From a virus: 64,000 nucleotides of DNA. The notes under the pieces were generated by a model, which was not told the origin of the DNA, made no database searches, and saw nothing but the letters and a program-made list of their open reading frames with translations. The translations under genes were made by a program, and so were the position numbers. The first letter of the stretch is position 1, and every line of letters starts with the position of its first letter. The DNA is taken from the IMG/VR virus record IMGVR_UViG_3300025133_000040, positions 47,832-111,831 of that record. One strand, written 5' to 3'. This document shows positions 45,741 through 55,236 of this stretch, in pieces.

Positions 45741-46455
45741 AATCCTCTCTTGTGTCTATTGACGGGAATTTCTCTGATACAATACATTTTATACTGAGCC
45801 CTTCTTCCATCCAGTGTAATTGCTCTAGGTTTTCTTCATAGGCTGCACTATATTCAAGAGGAGGGCCTAGTCGTTGTATCTCTTTCAATGTTGAGTACTT
45901 GAATCCGTAAATTCCGCTATGAATCCACCTAGATTCTGCGTTGTATGGAATTGGGGCACGAGAGAAATACATGGCCTCATCGTCACAATCCATAACCACT
46001 TTGACCATATTGGGGTTAGTGTGGTCTGAGTCGCTATCTAGATAGGCTAGGGTGGCTATTTGAGGTAGTAGGGGCTCATCGTGACTTAGTGTGCTAACAA
46101 TCCAATTGAGGTACTTCTCACCCTGCTCAGGCTTAAGGATGCAATCCCCCTGGACGTTGATGACAATATCATCGTCTTGGAGATTAAGTGTCCTTACGGC
46201 CTCAATCACGCGAGATGTTCCTGAGTCATGCGTGTAGGTCATTACACAATTACCGTCAAAGGCTTTAACAGCGTGGTCTATTTCTACGTCTTCAGTAGCC
46301 ACAAACACATACTTAGACTTAAAGCCCTTTACACCCTCGTATGCGTGTTGAATTAGGGGTTTACCCGTTTCTGCCAAGAGCATCTTGCCTGACAGTCTCT
46401 TGCTGTTCAACCTTGCCGGGAGCACTACTATTGTCCACGGATTCCTTCTTCTCAT
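45706..46455 (-). CDS. kdsB: 3-deoxy-manno-octulosonate cytidylyltransferase
   Basis: PARLNSKRLSGKML, SGTSR, NVQGD, YFSRAPIP, ENLEQL. Confidence 0.9.
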   Translation of the reverse strand: MRRRNPWTIVVLPARLNSKRLSGKMLLAETGKPLIQHAYEGVKGFKSKYVFVATEDVEIDHAVKAFDGNCVMTYTHDSGTSRVIEAVRTLNLQDDDIVINVQGDCILKPEQGEKYLNWIVSTLSHDEPLLPQIATLAYLDSDSDHTNPNMVKVVMDCDDEAMYFSRAPIPYNAESRWIHSGIYGFKYSTLKEIQRLGPPLEYSAAYEENLEQLHWMEEGLSIKCIVSEKFPSIDTREDYELFKDAYSSW

Positions 46456-46819
46456 TCTTCATTCCTCCGAAAGTTAATCTTTCAATATCATTTGGGTCCA
46501 AGTCATTCGTCCAATAAACCTCAAGACACTGACAATCTGTACTTGCCTCAAACTTATGGAAGACGCCTGGAGGGACATCTGTAAACTGCCCCGCTTCCAG
46601 CACAGTTACATCTTCACCTGCCTCCCTATAGATTATAACACGAAGTGAACCTGAAATCAAGAAGAATCTGTTCCATTTTTGATTGTGGCAATGTTGGGAG
46701 CAAAATCCACCTTCTTTGATTTTAAGGTAATGTACCTCTGATTGGGGGCCACAGAAGATGCACTGGGTATGACCCCAGAATTTGGACTGGATGGCACCAG
46801 CTAGTGTTTTATGGCTCAT
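46361..46819 (-). CDS. cupin-domain protein (sugar isomerase-like)
   Basis: KFWG, CSQHCH, VPPGVFHKF. Confidence 0.8.
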   Translation of the reverse strand: MSHKTLAGAIQSKFWGHTQCIFCGPQSEVHYLKIKEGGFCSQHCHNQKWNRFFLISGSLRVIIYREAGEDVTVLEAGQFTDVPPGVFHKFEASTDCQCLEVYWTNDLDPNDIERLTFGGMKNEKKESVDNSSAPGKVEQQETVRQDALGRNG

Positions 46820-46821
46820 TC

Positions 46822-47376
46822 TTACTTCCTCTCTGCAACAATACGAATAATACAAGGGTCTTCACTTGCAATTGCTGAAAAGCCATTTCTTTCTGACAGG
46901 TAAGTTACATTATAGTTTCTACTTATAAGCTTTTCTAAGAATCGTTGACAATTAATCAAGCGACGATAGTGGGTGGTATCAGGAACTTCACCTTTGTCAG
47001 ACCTCATTTCAGCAAATAGCCGTCCTCGACACCAGCCCAATAGCAAGTCTTCTGAGTCTGAATCCATTGCGTGGAACCCAAAACGACAATACAGCACGTC
47101 TGGGGAGCCATTAGTTAAAATATACTGTTCCGCTGTAAACCTTAAAAAAGAAGCACAGCCCATTCCATTCGGCTTATTAGACGGGTCCACCCCCTTTATG
47201 GATGAGCAGTAGTTAGAAAGTACATATGTGTCCCTACCGTCTCCGCAGCACATATCGACGACCTTTTTGCCCTTAAGTATGTCTGCATAGTTTGACACAA
47301 CCCACTTAGCAAATCCGCTAGGCTCTTTAGGTTTGTGGGTCTTATAGTACTCAACCCAATACTCATTGCTGTGCAT
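46822..47376 (-). CDS. class I SAM-dependent methyltransferase
   Basis: DMCCGDGRD, YCRFGFHA. Confidence 0.8.
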   Translation of the reverse strand: MHSNEYWVEYYKTHKPKEPSGFAKWVVSNYADILKGKKVVDMCCGDGRDTYVLSNYCSSIKGVDPSNKPNGMGCASFLRFTAEQYILTNGSPDVLYCRFGFHAMDSDSEDLLLGWCRGRLFAEMRSDKGEVPDTTHYRRLINCQRFLEKLISRNYNVTYLSERNGFSAIASEDPCIIRIVAERK

Positions 47377-47875
47377 GATGTCCCTTTTTAGGTGTCTTCC
47401 AGTCTAATCCATACAGCCTATCAAAGTAGGCTGTCGGACACGAAACAGTGTTAAATGTTCTGCCGCAAAAATCTACAGTCCCAAATTCATCTAGTTGCCA
47501 CTGAGGAATACTGTATTTCATACATTGATACTTCTCGTTTTTTAACTCAAACATATAAATATCCATAGGGATTTTATCAGCGACAATTGTTAAAATCTCT
47601 TTAGTCTGCCTAACTAATTGATAAGAGGTCTCTTTAATGGCTTGTACTATTTTGTCTGCGTCGTCGTGGAAAATAGCAACATCTATATCTAGGTCGTGCG
47701 AAATAAATTTTTTATCGCGACAGGCTGCCAAGGCCGTTCCAAACACCAGCCAATGTTGCACCTCACAGCTATCGAACAGTTCCGACACGCCTAGTAAAAA
47801 CCTTGAAGCGTCCTTGTGGTTTAGCTCATTGTTTCTTTGATATACTTTAATCTTTTGCCTAAGTGCCTTGTCCAT
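47363..47875 (-). CDS. LicD-family nucleotidyltransferase
   Basis: GTALAACRD..ISHDLDIDV, YGLDWKTP. Confidence 0.85.
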   Translation of the reverse strand: MDKALRQKIKVYQRNNELNHKDASRFLLGVSELFDSCEVQHWLVFGTALAACRDKKFISHDLDIDVAIFHDDADKIVQAIKETSYQLVRQTKEILTIVADKIPMDIYMFELKNEKYQCMKYSIPQWQLDEFGTVDFCGRTFNTVSCPTAYFDRLYGLDWKTPKKGHHAQQ

Positions 47876-48711
47876 TATACCGCTCCGCTACTCCAATGTG
47901 TTCCTTTGTTGTGCTTAATATATGGAGCAAATGACCCATGCGCAACAACATGGCCCGTAGGGGTTGGTTTTTTAACCACGTCTCTCGCGTTGTGTTTACC
48001 GTCTTTAAGAACCTCCCACAACATCCAGGCTTCGTCCCATCTCTCGTACTTACGAAATTCACCGCTGGCGAATCGTCCTTGCATCTCTGATATGATTTCG
48101 CTGTGCGCTTTAAATACCCAAAAGCCAGTTTCCGTGCCTACCTTAGCCCTACGACGTGTCGGACCCATATGATACAACATATCATGTTCCCCAAGCTGGT
48201 CTATGATAAATTGTTCTGGTAGCGGCTTTTTAAACACTATGTCGGTGTCCATCCACACTATAACATCCGAAGCAGAAAGCATTGAGGCGGCATAAACAGA
48301 GACAAATTTCCTGTGCCATTGAGATGCCCGTCTTCTCATACCTCCAGCGGGACATCCTTTTCTGTGTCCTTCATGGGGGGCCTTCTTATTATAGGGGCAC
48401 TTGCAGACGAACTCACCCCCTAAGGCTTTAGGTATGATGTCTTTGTTGGCGTCAAGCCAATTAGTAAGGATGCCGCTTTTCATAATGTCAAGATATAGAC
48501 CACAATCACTCCACGGGTTACCACTGTATATCTCCTCAAGAAAGTCGTGGTCGCCCTCATAGTAAATGTCTAATTGAGACCCCCAGGCGTGCTTAGCCCA
48601 ACTCTCAAGGCATGTCCGTCCTGTTGCTTCATACAGTTGTTTGTTCATTGATGTAATGTATGTTATATTAGACATAGTCTCTAATCCTTTGCCACGGCAG
48701 ACCCTCACCAA
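47875..48711 (-). CDS. GT-A fold glycosyltransferase-like protein
   Basis: HRKF, VWMDTD, ETGF, HNKG. Confidence 0.7.
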   Translation of the reverse strand: MVRVCRGKGLETMSNITYITSMNKQLYEATGRTCLESWAKHAWGSQLDIYYEGDHDFLEEIYSGNPWSDCGLYLDIMKSGILTNWLDANKDIIPKALGGEFVCKCPYNKKAPHEGHRKGCPAGGMRRRASQWHRKFVSVYAASMLSASDVIVWMDTDIVFKKPLPEQFIIDQLGEHDMLYHMGPTRRRAKVGTETGFWVFKAHSEIISEMQGRFASGEFRKYERWDEAWMLWEVLKDGKHNARDVVKKPTPTGHVVAHGSFAPYIKHNKGTHWSSGAV

Positions 48712-49513
48712 ACTCTTTTATTGTATATTGAATGTCGGCTATACGAGCCAGCATGGGTTGCCTGTCAAACGTAATCGGCTCAATAGTGTCAAGTATATCG
48801 TGCTGATAGTAGTCGTAGCAAATACAAGCCTTGTCCGTTACGACACAAGGAACACCTTGGACTATCGAATCTATGGCTGCGTTGCTGCTTTTAGTTATTG
48901 TGGACCACGCATTATTAAGTGCCTTGCTTATCTCCTTAATGTTTAGTCCGTTAATACCTTTAGGAACTGAAGGTGCCATGGGATGTGCTTTGAAGTATAC
49001 CTTCTTCTTTGTTTCTCTGGATATTAACCTTCCCCATTCAACATACTCTTTCATAAAAGATTGTGGCTTAGCCTTTAAGAACCCGTTTGGGTTCTGCCCT
49101 AGCACTAAAATATTGCCACCTTCAGTCCTCCATGGTTTAACGTCGATGTCAAACGATTCAAGCCTATCGTAGTTTTCTTTTATTTCTCCAAAATTAGCAA
49201 AGTTTTTAAATCCGTTCAACCCAAGAACCCAGTACGTTTCCCTTTCCTTGTTTATGTATCCAACATCTATAATTCCGTAGGGCTTGTTCTCCCCCTTACA
49301 TATATTAGCTATTGTCTTACGAGCAGCGGCCCAAGCTACTCCGCTCACAACGGGCGCTCCAGTCATAATAACTGCGTCGTATTTTTTTATGTGACCTAGC
49401 TGGGTAATAGGAACTATAGTGGCGCTGTCTGTCTTGTTGATTCCAGACTCTAAATGCTCAATAAGCTTATTATTTTTTGTGCTTGGTTTTGTGTTGAATA
49501 TAGCAACCTTCAT
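48668..49513 (-). CDS. capsule/glycan-related GT-B-like protein
   Basis: FKAHP, SSNAAIDSIVQGVP, QYTIKEF. Confidence 0.6.
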   Translation of the reverse strand: MKVAIFNTKPSTKNNKLIEHLESGINKTDSATIVPITQLGHIKKYDAVIMTGAPVVSGVAWAAARKTIANICKGENKPYGIIDVGYINKERETYWVLGLNGFKNFANFGEIKENYDRLESFDIDVKPWRTEGGNILVLGQNPNGFLKAKPQSFMKEYVEWGRLISRETKKKVYFKAHPMAPSVPKGINGLNIKEISKALNNAWSTITKSSNAAIDSIVQGVPCVVTDKACICYDYYQHDILDTIEPITFDRQPMLARIADIQYTIKEFGEGLPWQRIRDYV

Positions 49514-50196
49514 CAGTAGTCCATCCCTATGTCTCTTGCTGCCTCACGCCACTCGTCGGCGTAGTCACAGTCCTTGTAATCGTCGAACCAAGGACCGCCC
49601 TGAGTGTAGTGGATGACCTTTGGTTGTTCCTCTGGCTTGTCGTACTCGCCCTCAAGCCAGTTATAGGTCAATGGTAGCTCACCTATCTCAGAGTCGTCCA
49701 GATGGGCAAACCTGTGAAGCTCAGAAGGTGTTGCCAGATTGACACGATTGACGTGTAGGGCCTTGTTGGAGGGATGACCACAGTTCCACAGAACGCATGA
49801 GGACCAGTTCTTTCGAGGGTATGACACTTGCTTCTGACCGTCCATCTTAATACTCTGACGAGGTGTGTAGTCGTGCTTGACTACATGAACGGCTTTTCTG
49901 TCGTCGGCGTAGTCAAATATCTCTTCAATGTTACAATTGAATAAAAAGTCACAGTCGCAGAACAAAGCGTGCCCGTTGAACTTCATCGACCAGGGGACCA
50001 GGAAACGAGTGTAGGTAAACTCCACAGAGCAAGGCTCACTTCTGGGCCTGTAGTACACCCCCATCTTACGTAGCACTTCTTGCTTAAGTGGGTGTATCCT
50101 TACCGAATTGGGGGATATGTGCCTGTGAATAGAGTTGACACATACTCGATATGCGTCCTCTTCTCTGCTGTCCCAGCCAATAAATACATCAAACAT
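49513..50196 (-). CDS. glycosyltransferase (GT8-like)
   Basis: FIGWDSRE, EFTYTRFLVP, FCDCDF, RKNWSS, HYTQGGPWF. Confidence 0.88.
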   Translation of the reverse strand: MFDVFIGWDSREEDAYRVCVNSIHRHISPNSVRIHPLKQEVLRKMGVYYRPRSEPCSVEFTYTRFLVPWSMKFNGHALFCDCDFLFNCNIEEIFDYADDRKAVHVVKHDYTPRQSIKMDGQKQVSYPRKNWSSCVLWNCGHPSNKALHVNRVNLATPSELHRFAHLDDSEIGELPLTYNWLEGEYDKPEEQPKVIHYTQGGPWFDDYKDCDYADEWREAARDIGMDY

Positions 50197-50224
50197 ATTA
50201 TAAGTTTCCTGTTGTGAGTATGTA

Positions 50225-50252
50225 TAAAAAAAGCCCCTCGATTGAGGGGCTG
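50225..50252 (-). terminator. tmRNA terminator
   Basis: AGCCCCTC AATC GAGGGGCT followed by a T run. Confidence 0.85.
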
Positions 50253-50254
50253 AG

Positions 50255-50606
50255 TGGAGATGCGGGGAGTCGAACCCCGGTTCTGCATTGAAACCACATA
50301 AACATTCTACGTGCATAGTAACTACTTTTTAGGTCGAGTAACCAGACCGATACGTCTTTCCGTAAGTCAAACCGCTCTTAAGCGGCCAAAGCAGCATCAA
50401 AACTGGATGCACTGACTACGCTGACCTGCGCAGTTGAGGTTCCGTTAAAGCTACGGAAGGAACTCTTTTTGGAAGGCGAACCAACCAAAGCAACATCAAA
50501 GCTGTTGTTAGCATTTAAAATTGTAAACGATTTTTTACGTGGCCCTTCGTTCAACCACGGCACGCTACTTACACTTTATCCAACCAGTCGATACCATTTC
50601 ATCCCC
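50255..50606 (-). ncRNA. ssrA: tmRNA
   Basis: 5' GGGGATGAAATGGTATCGAC, 3' GGTTCGACTCCCCGCATCTCCA, G3:U, tag frame ending ALAA*. Confidence 0.95.
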
Positions 50607-50617
50607 GGTCTACTTAA

Positions 50618-51262
50618 TTATACACCTTTCATCCCAAATATTTTATCATAATCTAAAAATCTCCAATCTCCGAAGGCTGGAATGTCCTTTGGCTCATCTT
50701 CGTTAACGCCTTCAATGTAAAATTTTGCCTCCTGCCAACTGCCGAAAAACATTTCGTGGCTCAGTCCGAGCCCCCAAAGGAAGTTCGGAACCCCTCGCTT
50801 GCCTTGCTTGCACACCAAAATGACAGGTTTCTTCTCAAGTGAAGCGTACGTCAATTCGGTATTTGTACCTGACGAGTGTACGTCAGTGTCAATATGGACG
50901 ATGCAGAAGTTGCAAAGGTCAATGAGGTGTAGGTCGGCCCTGACTACCTGTTTAGATAGTCTTTCGACTTCATCCCACTTGCTTAATCCTTTTAGATAAT
51001 TAATGTGCTCGTAGTAATTGTCATTCTCCTCTAGGGAGTCTACAATCGGGTTGTCGCAAGGGTTGAGAACACCAATACCCAAATTCCAGAGGAAATCAGA
51101 CATGTCTTCTCGCCACCCAACGCCACGGTCCTCTACGAAGTCCATAGGCCCAGCTAGGTAGCACATTGAGCCACCGAGCCTATTTGTCTTTTTCCTCACC
51201 TTGTCTTGTCCTGCTTGCCAAGCTAATAACTCTTGTGCGTCCATTAAAACCATCCATCCCAA
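50618..51262 (-). CDS. nucleoside 2-deoxyribosyltransferase-like protein
   Basis: YLAGPMD, WRE, LNPC, D, SGTNTEL, KPV. Confidence 0.75.
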   Translation of the reverse strand: MGWMVLMDAQELLAWQAGQDKVRKKTNRLGGSMCYLAGPMDFVEDRGVGWREDMSDFLWNLGIGVLNPCDNPIVDSLEENDNYYEHINYLKGLSKWDEVERLSKQVVRADLHLIDLCNFCIVHIDTDVHSSGTNTELTYASLEKKPVILVCKQGKRGVPNFLWGLGLSHEMFFGSWQEAKFYIEGVNEDEPKDIPAFGDWRFLDYDKIFGMKGV

Positions 51263-51604
51263 AAATAAACAAATCCCATGTTATCCCCACCTTCACGAGG
51301 GGTCCAGTCCCGAAGCTCTCTCATGCCTATCCAGAGACCGTATATGAAGCAGACTACTATTACTTCGCCCATGGCATCTTCACCAACCTTTCAGCGTCGT
51401 CGCAAAGAATTAGTTCGTCTTCCTTAAAGGGTATATAACTAGTATAGGGGTCAACCGTATTGGAGTCAAGCCCCCCGTACGAGGTAACTTCCAACCACCA
51501 ATCGTAGGCGGGTTCGGTTGACTTGTAGGCACTGTGAATCTCATAGACCTCAAAGTGCCCAGCGTCCAACTCTTTTCTAATGTGTACTTCGTCACCAATG
51601 TTCA

Positions 51605-52186
51605 TCATCCTACCACCGCCTTAACCTGTTGAAGGAAGCCTACTGTCTCGCCTACCAAACTTCTTTTATAAACCATAAGATACGATGGGTGCCAGATTGG
51701 GATATGACACATTTCCCATCCCCATATACCCTTCAGGTCATAGCACTTACCAACGTGCTCACCCATAACGATGCTTTGAACGCCCATCACCTCTTTGGTT
51801 GCCACACCACCCATGGTAACTATCACTGTAGGTTTAACGCTCATAATCTCCTCCTTGAGCCAGTTGTGGTGCTGAGCCACCTCTTCTTTCGTAGGGGGCC
51901 TGTTGGCCCGTCCGAAGCCTCCCTTGGTTGGACGGGCTTTGACTACGTTTGTTATGTAACAGTCCTCTCTCGCAAGCCCTGCGCGTTCTAAGAGCGTATT
52001 TAGGAGTTGACCGGCCTTTCCTTGGAATGGGAGTCCGCAAGCGTCCTCGTCTTTTCCAGGTGCTTCGCCCAAAAGCATGATTTTAGCATCTTCTGGGCCG
52101 TCACCGAAGACCAGTCGCTTAGCACCGTCGATTAGGAGTTCAGGTTGCTCTGAATACTTCTTATTGATTTCAGTGAGCGAGGTCAT
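51605..52186 (-). CDS. family 4 uracil-DNA glycosylase
   Basis: GEAPGKDED, PFQGKAG, YITNVVKARP, HPSY. Confidence 0.92.
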   Translation of the reverse strand: MTSLTEINKKYSEQPELLIDGAKRLVFGDGPEDAKIMLLGEAPGKDEDACGLPFQGKAGQLLNTLLERAGLAREDCYITNVVKARPTKGGFGRANRPPTKEEVAQHHNWLKEEIMSVKPTVIVTMGGVATKEVMGVQSIVMGEHVGKCYDLKGIWGWEMCHIPIWHPSYLMVYKRSLVGETVGFLQQVKAVVG

Positions 52187-52378
52187 ATTTCACATTCTCC
52201 CAGGCTGATTCGGCTAGAGTTTTGGCGTCCTCAACAGGAGGAGATACCGACTCAAGCCCACTGTGATACCTCTCAGCGGCCCACGCCGCAATAAACGTGG
52301 TTATGTACTGATTGACGAACTTGTCTTTTCTCGCCTGTTTCTCCCTGTCCCTGTCTCGCTGCCACTGTAGTTCTTCTT

Positions 52379-52786
52379 TCATAAGGGCTTCGCCCCTTTC
52401 TTAATCAATTGAATCTTATGCGGTCTGCGATATAAGGTTGTGGAGGTCGATGGCCCCTCTGGACCCATGTAGACGAACGCACCACCAAACTCACCAGAGA
52501 CCGTAATGCCATCCTCGTGGACCTCACGGACCTTGACTATGCCCTTAACGCCCATTGTGATTTCCTCACCTGTCTCAGTGTCAATATGGACTGGTCCTGT
52601 GCTCTGTAAGACCTTAATCACGTCTCCAGGTCTCAATGTTCGCCATTCGACTGCTTTACCTGTAACACGCCTTAAGAATTTTGGTTTAAAGTAGAATTTT
52701 TCCCCACATTCTACACATTTCTTCCTTCTAGCGCCGCTATTTAGCGTTCCACACTTATCACACTTCTTTTTTCCCTGATTACCCAT
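52379..52786 (-). CDS. zinc-ribbon hypothetical protein
   Basis: CDKC...CVEC. Confidence 0.65.
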   Translation of the reverse strand: MGNQGKKKCDKCGTLNSGARRKKCVECGEKFYFKPKFLRRVTGKAVEWRTLRPGDVIKVLQSTGPVHIDTETGEEITMGVKGIVKVREVHEDGITVSGEFGGAFVYMGPEGPSTSTTLYRRPHKIQLIKKGAKPL

Positions 52787-53162
52787 ACCCCATCGCTTTC
52801 ATTGCTTTGTTAAACGCCTTAGCCTGTGCCGTTGGCGTGTGAGTCTCTTCCCAGTTGATTACATCGACCTCATTGTCGCGTGCTCGCAACTTCATCGCGT
52901 CTTTAAGGTGCCCCATAGCCGTATTAAAATCAACTCTATCTTTTGGGGCAGCAGAACAGAAACAGTTCTCTCTTACTTGAGGTAAAAGAAATAATAGCTT
53001 TAACCACCCTACAGGAGTCGCCTGTGTTTGCTCTAGGTTCCAGTAGTCGTCGCTGTCCACCAGAATGTCGGATGCCGATAGGATTGGTACTTCGTCTGGT
53101 ATCATTGTGCTCCTTCCTTATGCCTCAATTATAAACCAATATCGCCTGGAGTCAAGGGCCTC

Positions 53163-53555
53163 TTACAAATAAACCATTGACACGCTATCGCATGTGGATT
53201 TACTGACGTGCTGTGGGAGGTCTCTGACTAAGTTCCTTATGCTGTCTATGTGTTTCTGAGTAACGTCACAAATGATACCATGCTCTTGCCTCTCAGAGAA
53301 ATATTCAAGAAATTTAAGCCTATCCTCTTGCATGTGAAGTGTCTGATGACATTCACTACATAGAATATCGCACTTAGCTATTTCAGTCATTAGTCGCTCA
53401 AATGGCACATCACAACCGCCGATGTTAAAACTCTTTTCCCTCTTAATTCTATGATGAAATGTTAGCTTGTCGGGGTCGTCACACAGACAGTACTTGCACT
53501 TACTATGGGCCTTGATGTTCATGTAGGCATATTTACATTGTGTTCGTCTAGTCAA
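53163..53555 (-). CDS. HNH endonuclease
   Basis: CKYC, LTFHH, EIAKCDILCSECH. Confidence 0.8.
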   Translation of the reverse strand: MTRRTQCKYAYMNIKAHSKCKYCLCDDPDKLTFHHRIKREKSFNIGGCDVPFERLMTEIAKCDILCSECHQTLHMQEDRLKFLEYFSERQEHGIICDVTQKHIDSIRNLVRDLPQHVSKSTCDSVSMVYL

Positions 53556-54430
53556 GCGAGCACCCTTCCTTTCGAGGTTCTTTTAATTAAGTCTTTCCTT
53601 AAAAGATATGGTTCAATTTGTTCTGTGATAGTCTCAGGTGCCAGCCCAGTTTCCGCGACTAGTGTTTTCAGGCCAATCGGGGTTCCAGCGTATTCTTTTA
53701 ATACATCTAAGTACTGCCGGTCTTGAGGCGTCGTACCATCTGGATGAATCTCTGCCAGCTTCAAAGCGTCAGCAACCGCACCAACGCTCACCTCCTCTTT
53801 AGGGAACACGTAGTCACCTACCCACTTCAAACGTGCCAGAGCGATGCGTGGGGTGCCTCTACTCGTCTTTGCTAGGTAATCAGCACTAGCAGAGGTCACA
53901 GTCAATCCCATCTTCGCACCAGCAAGTTTTATCAGATAAGATAGTTCGTCGGTGTTATACAGAGACAGGTGGTATTTCAAAGTAAATCTATCATACAATG
54001 GAGGTGCCAGTGCTCCTGCCTCGGTCGTCGCCCCAATCAACGTGAAGGGCTCAAGGTCGATGCTCATTTCGCCGTCACCCCCAATGTCAAACCTAAAATC
54101 CTCCATAGCGGGGTAGAGAAACTCCTGCACAAGTGTGGTGCAACGGTGTATTTCATCAATGAACAAAATATTATTGCCAGCCCGAGCCAAATAAGGCAGC
54201 AGACTTTTGATTGAGCGAAGATTGGCACCATTCGCAATGATAAGCTCTTGGCCCATTTCATTAGCAATCGCCTGAGCCACGGTCGTCTTACCAGTGCCAG
54301 GAGGTCCATCGGCTAAAATGTGTGGTAACATTTCGCCCCTCCCTTTTGCTGCCGCAATAGAGATGTTTAATCTCTGCTTGATATTGTCTTGTCCTACAAT
54401 ATCTTCTAGCTTCGTTGGTCGCAGACTCAT
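53552..54430 (-). CDS. ruvB: Holliday junction branch migration helicase RuvB
   Basis: LRPTKL, GPPGTGKTT, LFIDEIHR, LYPAMED, GATT, RGTPR, EPYL, RTSKGR. Confidence 0.95.
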   Translation of the reverse strand: MSLRPTKLEDIVGQDNIKQRLNISIAAAKGRGEMLPHILADGPPGTGKTTVAQAIANEMGQELIIANGANLRSIKSLLPYLARAGNNILFIDEIHRCTTLVQEFLYPAMEDFRFDIGGDGEMSIDLEPFTLIGATTEAGALAPPLYDRFTLKYHLSLYNTDELSYLIKLAGAKMGLTVTSASADYLAKTSRGTPRIALARLKWVGDYVFPKEEVSVGAVADALKLAEIHPDGTTPQDRQYLDVLKEYAGTPIGLKTLVAETGLAPETITEQIEPYLLRKDLIKRTSKGRVLA

Positions 54431-54831
54431 TACAACTCAATCCTCTTCAAGGTCTTCTGAATCAACTCAGTACGATTAACGTCCCTATTCTCTGCATAAG
54501 CCTTTAGCAAAGGACTACGAACCTCACTCACGCTATAACCCATCTTCTTAAAAAACTTAAGGGCCTTGACAATCGCTGGACTACTAATGTCATCCGAATG
54601 TACGACCTTTTGCCGCGAGAGAGGCTTAGCCTGTCCTGGCGACTGACTGGTGGCAAACTGGGGGGTCACTTTGCATTTGTTGATTTCTGCTAAGTGGTGC
54701 ATAGCATTACAGCAACAAAACCCAACGCCCGCAATTCTAACTTCTTCATAATCAAACTTATACAAAGCGTCACACGTCGGGCAGTTGTACCCGAAGGTGA
54801 CTGATACGCTTTTAGGTTTTAGTTTGCTCAT
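54430..54831 (-). CDS. zinc-ribbon protein fused to a RuvA domain III-like helical bundle
   Basis: CPTC/CCC N-terminus; ALKFFKKMGYSVSEV...TELIQKTLK; TAATG-coupled to ruvB. Confidence 0.65.
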   Translation of the reverse strand: MSKLKPKSVSVTFGYNCPTCDALYKFDYEEVRIAGVGFCCCNAMHHLAEINKCKVTPQFATSQSPGQAKPLSRQKVVHSDDISSPAIVKALKFFKKMGYSVSEVRSPLLKAYAENRDVNRTELIQKTLKRIEL

Positions 54832-55236
54832 TCATTTTACTCTGGTCAAAGAGAAAGTGTAGTTCGACAATAGGTATCGACGTGGAAAGATACACCCTCT
54901 TAAAGGTTGCATCGTCCCCACACATAAGAGTGGGCCATTTCTTTTCGGCCTCGTCTGCCAACTCCCTTAACTGACTTGGGGTTGTATATACCTTGATAAC
55001 TTGGTCAACTCTTCCGTCCATCCTTTTCCTCGCGTTGCTTGATGATTCGAGCACGCTGCTTAACAGCACCCTCGCCTTCCCCTAGACGGGCGTCTAGTGA
55101 GTCCAGTTGTTGCTTAGGAGACAATGACTGCCATGCCTCTAGTCGCTCTTGACAGTCTCGCTGTCGTCGTTGTTTGTTGTGTTTTAAGTTGGCTTGTCCT
55201 GCCATTGTACAACACCTTTCGTTGGAGTCAAGGGGC

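Noticed and set aside
50197-50316. N-terminal extension of the glycosyltransferase ORF
   Set aside because: It overlaps the tmRNA 3' end and its terminator
50378-50563. 61-aa ORF MPWLNEG...ALAA
   Set aside because: It is the tmRNA tag reading frame, not an independent gene
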